The notes below the pieces were generated by a model. It saw only the letters and a list, made by a program, of their open reading frames with translations, was not told the DNA's origin and ran no database searches. The position numbers were made by a program, and so were the translations under genes. A stretch of DNA of 64,000 bases from Alphaproteobacteria bacterium (GTDB lineage: Bacteria; Pseudomonadota; Alphaproteobacteria; CAAHEQ01; UBA3637): assembly GCA_015062245.1 (NCBI GenBank), contig SUVA01000006.1, positions 1,753-65,752 of the forward strand, given 5' to 3'. This document shows, one piece after another, positions 20,712 through 32,159 of this stretch (positions within the stretch are counted from its first letter, which is position 1; each line of letters starts with the position of its first letter).

Positions 20712-20728
20712 AAAAAGACTATAAAATC

Positions 20729-20756
20729 AGCCCTTTGTTTTAAGGGGCTTTTTTTT
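20729..20756 (+). terminator. Intrinsic terminator, probably bidirectional
   Basis: agcccttt-gtttt-aaggggct stem followed by a T run, between convergent genes. Confidence 0.75.
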
Positions 20757-21762
20757 ACACCAGATTGATTGGTTTATTGGTCAAAAATGCACGGATGTTT
20801 TCGCATGTGGTGGCATTGATACGCCGAATGGCATCATGTGTGTTAAAGGCGATATGTGGCGTGGCAATCACATTGGGACATTGTAACAATTTTAAATTGA
20901 TGGCTGATGTCAATAAAAAATCCGAATTTTTCAGGTTGGGGGATGTTTCCGCTTCATCATGCAATAAAAAGTCTTCATTTTCCAACACATCCAAGCCGGC
21001 GCCGCCCACAATGCCTTTTTTAATGGCCTGATAAAGGGCAGATGCATCAATTAAATCGCCCCGTGCTGTGTTGATAATATAAACACCTTTTTTCATTTTT
21101 GAAAAGGCATCTTTGTTTAAAAAATGCCTGTTTTCGGGCGTGGATGGTATGTTTAACGAAATCACATCACTTTTTTGATAAAGTTCATTTAATGAGCTTG
21201 CATATAATTTTTTTAATGATGGATTTTGATATAAATCATAGGCGATAACTTTCATGCCGAAACCTTGGGCCAATTGAATAATATGTCGCCCGATAGAACC
21301 CGTTCCGATAACACCGATGGTTTTGCCGTTTAAATCTATGCCTGTATAGTTGGGCAAAAAGACGTTGCCATGGCGCATATCAAAGCTGGCTTTGGGGATT
21401 TTTCGTGTCAATGACAACAACAAACCAAAGGCAAATTCTGCCACTGTAACGGCGCCGTAGTTGGGGACATTGCAAACGGAAATTTTTCTTTTTTTACAAT
21501 AATCCAAATCAATGTGGTTAAATCCTGTGGAACGGGTAGCTATCAATTTTAAATTTTTAAATAAGTCCAGTTTTTCATTGGGAATATATGCCGAATGGGT
21601 AAAAACAGAAATGATTTCAGAGTCTGAAAATTTTTTCAATTTTTGTTCTTTTACCTGATAAAAAGGTTCATCAAAAAAAACATATTGAACGCCTTTTATT
21701 TGACAATTGGTTGCAAATCTTTTTAAATCTTCATCTGTATCAAAAAATAAGATATCTTTCAT
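20755..21762 (-). CDS. D-isomer-specific 2-hydroxyacid dehydrogenase (D-lactate dehydrogenase-like)
   Basis: TRSTGFNHID, GTGSIG, INTARG, TPHIAF; ATG at 21762 has an SD. Confidence 0.9.
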   Translation of the reverse strand: MKDILFFDTDEDLKRFATNCQIKGVQYVFFDEPFYQVKEQKLKKFSDSEIISVFTHSAYIPNEKLDLFKNLKLIATRSTGFNHIDLDYCKKRKISVCNVPNYGAVTVAEFAFGLLLSLTRKIPKASFDMRHGNVFLPNYTGIDLNGKTIGVIGTGSIGRHIIQLAQGFGMKVIAYDLYQNPSLKKLYASSLNELYQKSDVISLNIPSTPENRHFLNKDAFSKMKKGVYIINTARGDLIDASALYQAIKKGIVGGAGLDVLENEDFLLHDEAETSPNLKNSDFLLTSAINLKLLQCPNVIATPHIAFNTHDAIRRINATTCENIRAFLTNKPINLV

Positions 21763-21802
21763 TTTTACCCCCTTCGTGAATATATAGGGGATAAAATGAA
21801 AA

Positions 21803-22648
21803 TTACAAGTCAAAGAAGCTTAAAATTTGAATCAACTTTTCACGCAGATTTTTTCGACTGACCACTTGGTCAATCATGCCGTGTTCCAATAAATATTCGG
21901 ATTTTTGGAAATTAGGCGGTAAAGTTTCATGAATTGTTTGTTCAATCACACGTGATCCCGCAAAGCCGATAATGGCACCGGGTTCGGCCAAAGTAATATC
22001 GGCCAACATAGCAAACGAAGCCGTTACACCGCCCGTTGTCGGGTTTGTCAATATGGCGATATAGGGAATTTTCTTTTTATTTAACTCTTTAACGGCAACG
22101 GTTGTGCGGGCCATTTGCATCAAAGACAAAATGCCTTCTTGCATACGGGCGCCGCCACTGGCCGGAATTAAAATCAAAGCCGCTTGTTGTATTTCGGCCA
22201 ATTTTGATGCTGTAATAATGGCTTGACCAACGGCCGTTCCCATAGAGCCACCCATAAATTCAAAATTAAAAACACCAACAACGGCACGTTTGCCACCAAT
22301 TAAACCATGCGCCACAATGATGGCATCTTCTTGGTTGGTCTTTTTTTTGGCTTCTTTTAAACGATCGGTATATTTCTTTTTGTCATGAAAGTGTAAGGGG
22401 TCTTCTGTTGTTTTTGGTAAATGGATAATGTTGTATTCAGCTTTATCAAATAATAAATCCAATCTTTCTTTGACAGGCAAACGGAAATGATAATCACAAT
22501 GTGGGCATACAAAATAAGATTTTGTCATTTCGCTGTGAAACAACATAGCGCCACATTTTGGACATCTGTCCCAAAAATTGTCAGGGATATCTTTACTGAT
22601 GCCTATTTTTTTGACGGTAGGTCTGGTTAAATTGGAAATCCAACTCAT
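21803..22648 (-). CDS. accD: Acetyl-CoA carboxylase carboxyltransferase beta subunit
   Basis: CPKC...CPHC zinc finger, FMGGSMG, SGGARMQEG, PTTGGVTASF. Confidence 0.96.
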   Translation of the reverse strand: MSWISNLTRPTVKKIGISKDIPDNFWDRCPKCGAMLFHSEMTKSYFVCPHCDYHFRLPVKERLDLLFDKAEYNIIHLPKTTEDPLHFHDKKKYTDRLKEAKKKTNQEDAIIVAHGLIGGKRAVVGVFNFEFMGGSMGTAVGQAIITASKLAEIQQAALILIPASGGARMQEGILSLMQMARTTVAVKELNKKKIPYIAILTNPTTGGVTASFAMLADITLAEPGAIIGFAGSRVIEQTIHETLPPNFQKSEYLLEHGMIDQVVSRKNLREKLIQILSFFDL

Positions 22649-22926
22649 TTTTTACCATTCAATGCATTCAAGACGGCTTTTCCGGGTTTAAAGTAAGGGA
22701 CACGTTTTTCACCCACAAACACCTGTTCACCTGTCTTGGGATTACGTCCCATACGTGCTTTGCGTGTTTTTAACGATAAAATACCAAAATTACGCAATTC
22801 CACACGCCCTCCGTTGACCAAAGTTTGGACGATCGTATCAAAAATTGTGTCCACTACAATTTTTGAATCATTTACACTTAAACGGCTTACTTGTGCCAAA
22901 CGCTCAATTAATTCTGATTTTATCAT
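22645..22926 (-). CDS. ihfB: Integration host factor beta / HU family
   Basis: MIKSELI, RVELRNFG, GRNPKTG, FKPGK. Confidence 0.85.
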   Translation of the reverse strand: MIKSELIERLAQVSRLSVNDSKIVVDTIFDTIVQTLVNGGRVELRNFGILSLKTRKARMGRNPKTGEQVFVGEKRVPYFKPGKAVLNALNGKK

Positions 22927-22969
22927 TTTAACTCCTTTTTGGCTAGTTTATGTATTTTTTCTATATTTG

Positions 22970-23860
22970 TCAAGCGTTTTTTTGAGTTTTATTGATTGCT
23001 TCGGCCCCCGAAACAATGTCAATCAGCTCATTGGTAATTTGATTTTGACGTTCTTGTTGATAAATTAATTCCAATTCTGCCAATTTTTCATCAATGTTTT
23101 TTTCGGCCTGTTGCATATGTATCATTCGGGTGTAATGTTCTGTTGCCAAAGAGGCCGTCAAAGCATGGGATAAAGACACAATAAAGTGTTCACGAATCAA
23201 TGCTGAAAACAGTTCATCGTATTCTGCCGTAATCAAAGGTAAGGTTTTACCATCCCATTTTTTTGTTTTGATATGATCCAAAAGTTTTTGTTGAAAAGGA
23301 ATCATTTGTTCACCGATAACGGATGTTTTCATATCTTGGCGAACGGTATAAAATAACCATACGGCATCAAATTGATCTTTGGTGAGCAACTGATGAATTT
23401 TGGTTAAAAGTGCGCCGGCCAAAGCCGATACTTCTTTAGTAGTGTTGGAATTATTGTAATGGGCCAATAAATTCAATCCATTTGAGGTAATCATGGCGGA
23501 TAATCTTTTGCCGACACTGATAATTTTTATTTGATTTTTATCGCATATCGGCTCTAAAATTTTTTTCATATTATCCAAAATTTCACGATTAAAAGGACCG
23601 ACTAAACCATTGTCAGAACCAATCAGAATGGCCAGAATTTTTTGCTTTTTAATACGGTTGATGGGGGGATTATAGTGAAAATTTTCCTGTGCAAAAAGTC
23701 CACGAAAAGCATTTTGTAAATTTTCAGTATACTGATTTAAGGATTTTAAAGCCCGTTCAAATTGCCCCACAGAAACGGATGACAACATCTTCATGGTACT
23801 GACAATACCACGTAAATCCGTTGTTGTTTTAATCCGTTTGTTCAGTGTTTCTTGTGTCAT
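22970..23860 (-). CDS. atpG: N-ATPase gamma subunit
   Basis: IVSTMK, RQNQITNELIDIVSGAEA. Confidence 0.92.
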   Translation of the reverse strand: MTQETLNKRIKTTTDLRGIVSTMKMLSSVSVGQFERALKSLNQYTENLQNAFRGLFAQENFHYNPPINRIKKQKILAILIGSDNGLVGPFNREILDNMKKILEPICDKNQIKIISVGKRLSAMITSNGLNLLAHYNNSNTTKEVSALAGALLTKIHQLLTKDQFDAVWLFYTVRQDMKTSVIGEQMIPFQQKLLDHIKTKKWDGKTLPLITAEYDELFSALIREHFIVSLSHALTASLATEHYTRMIHMQQAEKNIDEKLAELELIYQQERQNQITNELIDIVSGAEAINKTQKNA

Positions 23861-25383
23861 TTTGTGGTAATGATTCCTTTTTTAATTAAAGCCTGTTGGA
23901 ATGTTTTAATTAAGGTATCTTTATCTTTTTCGGATAATTTTTCTCTTTTTTCTGTCCATTGTTTCAAAAGATGGGCAAAGTTATTTTTTAATACCTGTTG
24001 AATGACATCTTGGGCTTGGGAAATTTTACTTTCTTCAACATTATCCAGCAATCCGTTGTTCAAAGCCAAAAAGACCCCGATTTGTGAGGGGGCATCCATC
24101 AATTGATATTGACGTTGTTTTAAAACGTTTCGGATTGTGCGACCCCGTTTCAAACGGGCCAAAGTGTCGCCTTCCATTTGAACGCCGAATTTTGAAAAAG
24201 ATTCCAATTCTTCAAATTGGGAATAAAACAGTTTTAACGGTGCTACCAAAGAACGATAAGCCGGTAATTGGGCTGCACTTCCCACACGGGAAACAGAACG
24301 ACCCGTATCAATGGCGGGCATTTGACCTTTTTGGTATAAACTGTTGGACAGATAGATTTGACCGTCTGTAATTGAAATCACATTGGTTGGAATATAAGCG
24401 GATATGTTGCCGGCTTCGGTGGATACAATAGGCAAAGCCGTTAATGAACCGCCACCGAATTTGGGACGCAAATGTGTGGCGCGTTCCAATAACCGTGAAT
24501 GTAAATAAAAGATATCGCCCGGATAGGCTTCACGTCCCGGCGGTGTACGCAACAATAACGACATTTGGCGATAGGCTCTGGCATGGGCGGTTAAATCATC
24601 ATAAACCACCAAAACATCTTTGCCTTTGCTCATGAAGTATTCACCGATTGATGTGGCAGAATAGGGCGCGATATATTGTAATCCGGCTTCGTCTTCACCG
24701 CTGGCAATAACAACAACACAATTTTTCATCATATCGTATTCATTTAAAGTGTTGATGACTCTTGCTGTATCACTCATTCTTTGACCGACAGCACAGTAAA
24801 TACAGATAACGCCTGAATCTTTTTGATTCAAAATTGTATCAATGGCAATGGCGGTTTTTCCTGTTTGGCGATCGCCCAAAATCAATTCACGTTGACCACG
24901 ACCGATAGGGGTAAAACAATCAATGGCTTTGATGCCGGTTTGTAAGGGTGTATCTACGGGCAGACGTGCCATAATGGACGGAGCATCCCGTTCAATAGGC
25001 AGGCTTTGTTTCGCACTGATTATACCTTTATCATCCAATGGTTGCCCCAAAGGATTGATAACACGTCCCAATAATTCATTACCCACAGGAACATCCAACA
25101 CCTGATTTGTTTGTGTGGCTCTGTCGCCGGCTTTTAAGGAATCGGCATTGGTTAAAAAGATAACACCGGCACCTTGATCGGATAAGCTGTGCACCATACC
25201 GATAACGCCGTTTTTAAAGGTTAAAAGTTCATTGATTTTAGCGTGCGTCAAGCCTGATACAATGGCTGTTCCGGCGGCCATTGATTCAATGGTGTTGACT
25301 TCTTTTACACATAATTGAAAATCAGATTTTCTTAAAACCTTTTCGGCATTTTTTCGTGCTTTTGTGGCAACTGAGTTTGACAT
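23857..25383 (-). CDS. atpA: N-ATPase alpha subunit
   Basis: GDRQTGKT, PPGREAYPGD, SITDGQI. Confidence 0.96.
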   Translation of the reverse strand: MSNSVATKARKNAEKVLRKSDFQLCVKEVNTIESMAAGTAIVSGLTHAKINELLTFKNGVIGMVHSLSDQGAGVIFLTNADSLKAGDRATQTNQVLDVPVGNELLGRVINPLGQPLDDKGIISAKQSLPIERDAPSIMARLPVDTPLQTGIKAIDCFTPIGRGQRELILGDRQTGKTAIAIDTILNQKDSGVICIYCAVGQRMSDTARVINTLNEYDMMKNCVVVIASGEDEAGLQYIAPYSATSIGEYFMSKGKDVLVVYDDLTAHARAYRQMSLLLRTPPGREAYPGDIFYLHSRLLERATHLRPKFGGGSLTALPIVSTEAGNISAYIPTNVISITDGQIYLSNSLYQKGQMPAIDTGRSVSRVGSAAQLPAYRSLVAPLKLFYSQFEELESFSKFGVQMEGDTLARLKRGRTIRNVLKQRQYQLMDAPSQIGVFLALNNGLLDNVEESKISQAQDVIQQVLKNNFAHLLKQWTEKREKLSEKDKDTLIKTFQQALIKKGIITTK

Positions 25384-25391
25384 CTTTTCTC

Positions 25392-26156
25392 CTATTTCTT
25401 ATGGTTAAGAATCTGTTCCAAACCTTGTTCCAGTTCATTCAGATAATTTTTAACCGTCCAATCAACGGCAATATCCGCAAAACGAATTTCTATTCCCAAT
25501 ACCAAAGTTGATTCTGTTTTATATTGAATTTTTGTTTTTGGTGGGATTTCAAAATAATCCCGCAAAAAACGATTCATATCACGCTTGTGATTTTCTGATA
25601 AAGTTTCAGATGAATTGACAAAAATAACTTTTTGATTTTTAATTATTTTAATTATTTTTGTTTTTTCTGATTTTGTCAGCTTTACCAATTTTTCATAAAA
25701 CAGATTTAACACCCTTTCAATGGGGGTTGCATCGGTCAAATCAGTGATAATTTTACCGGCGATTTTTAAAAAATCATGGCTGATAAAATTTTCCAATTCT
25801 GATTTTAGGTTTTCGTTTTGTATTTTGATTTGATCATGCAATTGCAATTTTAATTGGTTTGCCTCTTGTTTAATAACTTCCAAACTTTCTTTTCGTTGTT
25901 GGGTCAATTCCTTTGTCAAATCATTGCGCTGTTTTTGTAATGATTTTTCAAAGTCTTCTTTTTCGGATTTCAGTGATTGAAATTCCGATTCAGCCTGACG
26001 TTGTAAAGAAGTGGCCGAATCAATCTTTTCATTGATTTCGTTTTTACGTTTTTCAATAACATCCAAAATAGGTTGGTATAAAAAACGTTTTAATATCCAA
26101 ACCAAAATGAACAGATTGAAAATTTGGGCAACAAAGGTAATCCAATCAATTTGCAT
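25392..26156 (-). CDS. atpF: N-ATPase b subunit with delta-like C-terminal extension
   Basis: IDWITFVAQIFNLFIL anchor, coiled coil, 254 aa; no separate atpH in the operon. Confidence 0.88.
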   Translation of the reverse strand: MQIDWITFVAQIFNLFILVWILKRFLYQPILDVIEKRKNEINEKIDSATSLQRQAESEFQSLKSEKEDFEKSLQKQRNDLTKELTQQRKESLEVIKQEANQLKLQLHDQIKIQNENLKSELENFISHDFLKIAGKIITDLTDATPIERVLNLFYEKLVKLTKSEKTKIIKIIKNQKVIFVNSSETLSENHKRDMNRFLRDYFEIPPKTKIQYKTESTLVLGIEIRFADIAVDWTVKNYLNELEQGLEQILNHKK

Positions 26157-26170
26157 ATTTTAAATCTTCC

Positions 26171-26449
26171 TTATTTGGCAGCCTGTTCAACGACATAATC
26201 CCAAAATGGGTTGGCATACAAAATCAAAATGGTAATCACGAACGCATAAATAGCAGTAGATTCAATCATCGCCATTGACACAAACAAAGTGCGTGTGATA
26301 TTTGATGATTCATCCGGTTGTTGTGCCATAGAACGCAGGGCATTTGCAGCCACATTGGCCTCACCGATTGCCGGCCCGATACCACCGATAGCGATACACA
26401 AAGCCGCCGAAATAATTGACATAGCACCGATTAAAGTGATAGCATCCAT
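26171..26449 (-). CDS. atpE: N-ATPase c subunit
   Basis: Two TM helices with PAIGE and IESTAIY (Na+-type ligand pattern). Confidence 0.93.
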   Translation of the reverse strand: MDAITLIGAMSIISAALCIAIGGIGPAIGEANVAANALRSMAQQPDESSNITRTLFVSMAMIESTAIYAFVITILILYANPFWDYVVEQAAK

Positions 26450-26452
26450 TTT

Positions 26453-27151
26453 TTATTCTCCTTTTGTATCGGTTGATTGAACAAAAGACTCTTTGGGGGC
26501 GACCGCCGATACATATACAATCGCCAAGAGTGCAAAAATATAAGCCTGAATTGTTCCCGTTAATAATCCCAATATTTGCATGGGCAAAGGAACAATGAAA
26601 GGAACCAACATAATTAAAACCGAACCAATAACGGCGCCACTGAGCATATTTCCGTATAAACGAAACGCCAATGAAAAAGTTGATGAAAAATCGCTGATGA
26701 TATTCATGGGCAACATCACCGGTGTCGGTTCTATAAACTTTTTAAAATATCCTTTCCAACCGGCATTTTTAACGCCATAATAAGGAATGGCAAAAAATAC
26801 ACAAGATGCAAAGGCAACCGTTGTTGTTAAACTGGTTGTCGGGACTTTAAACCACGGAATGATACTGAGCAGATTTGACATAGCGATAAACAGGAAAAAA
26901 GTACCGATTAAAGACAGATACTTTTTGGGATTATCACCGGATACGTCTTTGATTTGACCTTGAATGGCCGAAACAATCATTTCCATGATAATTTGAATTT
27001 TACCAATTTTTCCATTGGTCTTTAAATTGTGTGTCATCCAAACGGATAAGCCGGCCAAAACCGCCATCACAATCCATGTATAAAAAATCGTGGCGTTTAT
27101 GGTAATCGGTCCGATTTGAAAGACAATCGTTTGGTCTAAATTTTCAAGCAT
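26453..27151 (-). CDS. atpB: N-ATPase a subunit
   Basis: SLAFRLYGN, GTIQAYIFALL. Confidence 0.93.
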   Translation of the reverse strand: MLENLDQTIVFQIGPITINATIFYTWIVMAVLAGLSVWMTHNLKTNGKIGKIQIIMEMIVSAIQGQIKDVSGDNPKKYLSLIGTFFLFIAMSNLLSIIPWFKVPTTSLTTTVAFASCVFFAIPYYGVKNAGWKGYFKKFIEPTPVMLPMNIISDFSSTFSLAFRLYGNMLSGAVIGSVLIMLVPFIVPLPMQILGLLTGTIQAYIFALLAIVYVSAVAPKESFVQSTDTKGE

Positions 27152-27440
27152 GTTTTTTTCCTTTGTCTTTCAAAAAATAAACCAAAAGTAATCGTGTGAT
27201 AATGAATGCTAAAAACATCCATATCAATTTAACGGGATTTTTTGATGCCAATAAAATGGCAACGCTTAAAAAGATAGTCAGGCGCAAAAGAGATGAAAAA
27301 AACAAAAACATTCCTTTTCGTTTGATATTCGGTAAAATCTTTAAAGAATACCATAGTAATGAAAAATAGACCAAACTGAGCAGAATACCGCACAATAAAG
27401 ATTCCAAAACCATATCAATGGAGAGCTTAAAGTTTTCCAT
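27144..27440 (-). CDS. atpR: N-ATPase AtpR subunit
   Basis: Small hydrophobic ORF with SSLLRL at the atpR position of atpDCQRBEFAG. Confidence 0.75.
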   Translation of the reverse strand: MENFKLSIDMVLESLLCGILLSLVYFSLLWYSLKILPNIKRKGMFLFFSSLLRLTIFLSVAILLASKNPVKLIWMFLAFIITRLLLVYFLKDKGKKHA

Positions 27441-27727
27441 TTTTGCTCCTTTTTTTAACCTGATAAGATTTTTTTAACCAAACGGTGGCGTTGATGAAAC
27501 CAAATATAAAGCCGACAATAATCAAATTCAAAGTCCATGAAATCATCTCTTGCGGATAAACTTTATCCAAAAAGCGCCCCAAAAGCAAAAACAAAAGAAC
27601 AGGGATAGCAATCTGCCAACCGTAAATGCTTAAAATTGCCACATTATAATCAATTTTAATCGTTCCTCTTTGTTGACGATTATTTGCTTTTTTTATCAAC
27701 TGTTTTGCGGTCTTGTTCATTTGTTTT

Positions 27728-27741
<14 letters not shown>
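27427..27741 (-). CDS. atpQ: N-ATPase AtpQ (AtpI/AtpZ-like) subunit
   Basis: GWQIAIP...LGRFLD pattern and operon position. Confidence 0.78.
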
Positions 27742-29572
<1,831 letters not shown>

Positions 29573-29589
29573 GTAAAAAAATGCGAAAT

Positions 29590-29618
29590 TTGACAAAAAA
29601 GCCTTTCGGGTGTATAAT
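29590..29618 (+). promoter_or_regulatory. Promoter of the NAD kinase-like gene
   Basis: TTGACA-17 nt-TATAAT, divergent from the atp promoter. Confidence 0.75.
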
Positions 29619-29641
29619 TATATCAGCCAAGGAGTCCTCAC

Positions 29642-30391
29642 TTGAAAATACATTTTATTTGTCAAAAAGAAAATGCCAAAAACGATTTTGAATCCTGTAT
29701 ATCCAAATATAGTCAAACTGATTGGTCAAAGGCGGATGTCCACGTTGTTATGGGGGGAGATGGTTCTGTTTTGGATGATTTGCATGAACAGGTTAAAAAA
29801 GATGTTTCTATTCCGATTTTTGCGTTAAATTATGGAACGGTTGGCTATTTAACAAACGAAAAAGATTGGCAGAGTTTGCCTGAAAGAATTTCACGGGCTG
29901 AAAAAATAACCGTTCCGCCATTACAGGTTGAAACAACATTGGCGAGCTCTGGTCAAAAGGTGAGAGCCTACGCCTTTAATGAAGTTTCATTTTTTAGGGG
30001 GCCATCCATGCAGGCGGTGGATTTAGACCTTTTAATCAATGATTCACGATATAATATATTTGGGGATGGTGCTATGATTGCTACGCCGATGGGGGCGCAT
30101 GCTTATTTGAAATCAGCCGGCGGTCCTCAGATGCCCAAAGGTCAAAATATGTTGGCAATTCACAGCAATAACTCGGCAAATTCTTTTTCGGCTGTTGTGC
30201 CTTCGGATACGGTTGTGGCGGTTGCTTCACGTCAAAATCAAAAAAGACCGGTTCGTATTGAGTGTGATTCAAAATTGGCGATAGATCATATTTCTCGGGC
30301 TGTGGTAAAGCAGGCAGTTCACAAAAGTCAAGTTCTTTTATTTGATGGAGTCAAAAAAAATATTTTGGCTAATCGTTTAAGAATGCGATAG
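29642..30391 (+). CDS. NAD kinase-like protein (divergent)
   Basis: GGDGS, NYGTVGYL, FNEV, GDGAMIATPMGAHAYLKSAGGP; TTG start after AAGGAG. Confidence 0.85.
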   Translation: MKIHFICQKENAKNDFESCISKYSQTDWSKADVHVVMGGDGSVLDDLHEQVKKDVSIPIFALNYGTVGYLTNEKDWQSLPERISRAEKITVPPLQVETTLASSGQKVRAYAFNEVSFFRGPSMQAVDLDLLINDSRYNIFGDGAMIATPMGAHAYLKSAGGPQMPKGQNMLAIHSNNSANSFSAVVPSDTVVAVASRQNQKRPVRIECDSKLAIDHISRAVVKQAVHKSQVLLFDGVKKNILANRLRMR

Positions 30392-30488
30392 AAAAATCAA
30401 AAAAATTAAAAAAGTGCTTGCAATTCATTTTTTTATTGTTTAAACTGGTGTTATTAAAGGGGAAATACCCATACGAAAGGGGATTATA

Positions 30489-31406
30489 ATGAAAAAAAGT
30501 CTTTTGTTTTCAACGTTTTTTTGCTTGACAACTGTTTTGGGCGTGCCAACGGCAGAGGCAGGCTATTGCGCTTGTGCTGGTCGTTGCGTGACAGGGGCTG
30601 TTTGTAATTGTTCAACGGGGGCTTGCACAATTCCGGCGCAACAATCCAGATATGCTTATGGTTATGTGGATACTTCGGCACCGGTTGTTTATTCGCAACC
30701 AGTTATTGCACCCAGTTATCAAACGCCGACACCGTACCGTTCCCATCATGAATATACAGGTGCTCGCCCTGTGCCGTACATCGCTGCCCGTGTGGGTGTG
30801 AATATGATGGAAGGGGATGCCGAATATCGTTCCTCAGTTGATGGGACATGGAAAAAGGATTTTGATGACAGTGTTTTTTCTGGTGCCTTGGCTTTTGGTG
30901 TAAAGATAAATTCTTGGCGTGCAGAAGTAGAAGGGGCTTTGTATTCAAAAGCAGAAAAAGAACTTGATTTTTCTACACCAACAGGTTATCACTTTGGTCA
31001 TGATTTGAAGGCTAGAATACAAGCAAAAACATTGTTGTTTAATTTGTTTTATGATATTCCCACAGGAACACAGCTAACACCATTTATCGGTGGCGGTGTT
31101 GGTTTTGCTCACTTAAAAGGTACTTTGGAAGGTAAAGATGAGACACCTACCAGTATTTTAGTTCCTTTTTCTGAAAGTCATAGCAAAGCTAATTTTGCTT
31201 GGCAAATTGGGGCAGGCCTTTCTTATGCTTTAAATCGTAATACAAATGTGGATTTTGGCTATCGTTATACAAATTATGGAAAGGTGAAATTGCAATCCTT
31301 TGAAGGAATTGATAGGGGTGGAACTGGTACATATGTAAAGGAAAAAACCGAAGTCAAAGATTTAACCTCTCATTCAATATCGGCAGGTTTAAGATTTAGT
31401 TTTTAG
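30489..31406 (+). CDS. Outer membrane beta-barrel (OmpA/opacity-like) with Cys-rich N-terminal module
   Basis: Signal peptide ending AEA, YDIPTGTQLTPFIGGGVG, NFAWQIGAG, VDFGYRY, C-terminal LRFSF. Confidence 0.85.
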   Translation: MKKSLLFSTFFCLTTVLGVPTAEAGYCACAGRCVTGAVCNCSTGACTIPAQQSRYAYGYVDTSAPVVYSQPVIAPSYQTPTPYRSHHEYTGARPVPYIAARVGVNMMEGDAEYRSSVDGTWKKDFDDSVFSGALAFGVKINSWRAEVEGALYSKAEKELDFSTPTGYHFGHDLKARIQAKTLLFNLFYDIPTGTQLTPFIGGGVGFAHLKGTLEGKDETPTSILVPFSESHSKANFAWQIGAGLSYALNRNTNVDFGYRYTNYGKVKLQSFEGIDRGGTGTYVKEKTEVKDLTSHSISAGLRFSF

Positions 31407-31414
31407 GATAGCTT

Positions 31415-31876
31415 ATGGATAAAAAAGATAAAACCTCATTGATGATGTTGGCGGGTGGTGCTGCTGTTGCAGGTGCTACGGTTTTAGCTTCACAGTCATT
31501 AAGCGGACTGGAACTCACAAATGATCTTTTGGAAATTGTTGAGAATGTTTTGAATTTATTGAGAGGAACATCCATGATTGCTTCTGCGATCGGTCTTGCT
31601 CGGATAGGTTTGAAATATGGAACAAAAATGTGGAATTGGTTGAAAGAAAAAATAAGCTATCATTCAAACAATAAGAAAAAAGAATTGGCAAAGACGCATT
31701 CTAAATCTAACGATTCAAAAAGTTCATCAAAAGGACATGTAAAAGAAGGCGAAATGACAGGTATTATGAAAAAGGGTTTTAATCGTGGGGCGGATATAAA
31801 TTTGGCCCAACAATCAAGACCAGTGCAAAAAACGGTATCAAATGCAAAAGTTGTTCAACAACAATCTCAAAGATAA
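31415..31876 (+). CDS. Orphan membrane-associated protein
   Basis: Two hydrophobic segments, Ser/Lys-rich tail ending VVQQQSQR. Confidence 0.6.
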   Translation: MDKKDKTSLMMLAGGAAVAGATVLASQSLSGLELTNDLLEIVENVLNLLRGTSMIASAIGLARIGLKYGTKMWNWLKEKISYHSNNKKKELAKTHSKSNDSKSSSKGHVKEGEMTGIMKKGFNRGADINLAQQSRPVQKTVSNAKVVQQQSQR

Positions 31877-31943
31877 TCGCTTGACAAGTGGTGAAAGGTT
31901 CGCTAGTATGGGGATAAGTAAAGAAAATGGGAGGCTATTTAAA

Positions 31944-32021
31944 ATGTGTTTAAACCACGGTAAAGGTGTAAATAGATGGACCTTGTACACACACACACAC
32001 ACATGTAATTTTGGATATTAA
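31944..32021 (+). CDS. 25-aa leader peptide MCLNHGKGVNRWTLYTHTHTCNFGY
   Basis: GGGAGG SD upstream; same length and frame as the peptide at 20250. Confidence 0.7.
   Translation: MCLNHGKGVNRWTLYTHTHTCNFGY
31987..32003 (+). repeat. AC dinucleotide tract, 17 nt
   Basis: acacacacacacacaca read directly. Confidence 0.97.
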
Positions 32022-32159
32022 GTTGTGCCTTGGCACAACCGACCCACTGTATGTCAAATACGGTGGGTTAAACTGTATTTGTCATTTTGAAATGGGCTCG
32101 CCCATTCAGAATGACAATTTTAATTACTGTCATAACAAATAAAAGAAAGGAGTCAAAAA

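Larger units (their letters stand above)
31878..32142 (+). promoter_or_regulatory. Repeated leader element, copy 2 (upstream of the pilin-like gene)
   Basis: TTGACA 31881-17 nt-TAGTAT; hairpins 32022-32039 and 32042-32068, plus extra hairpin 32079-32117 followed by TTTT. Confidence 0.85.
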
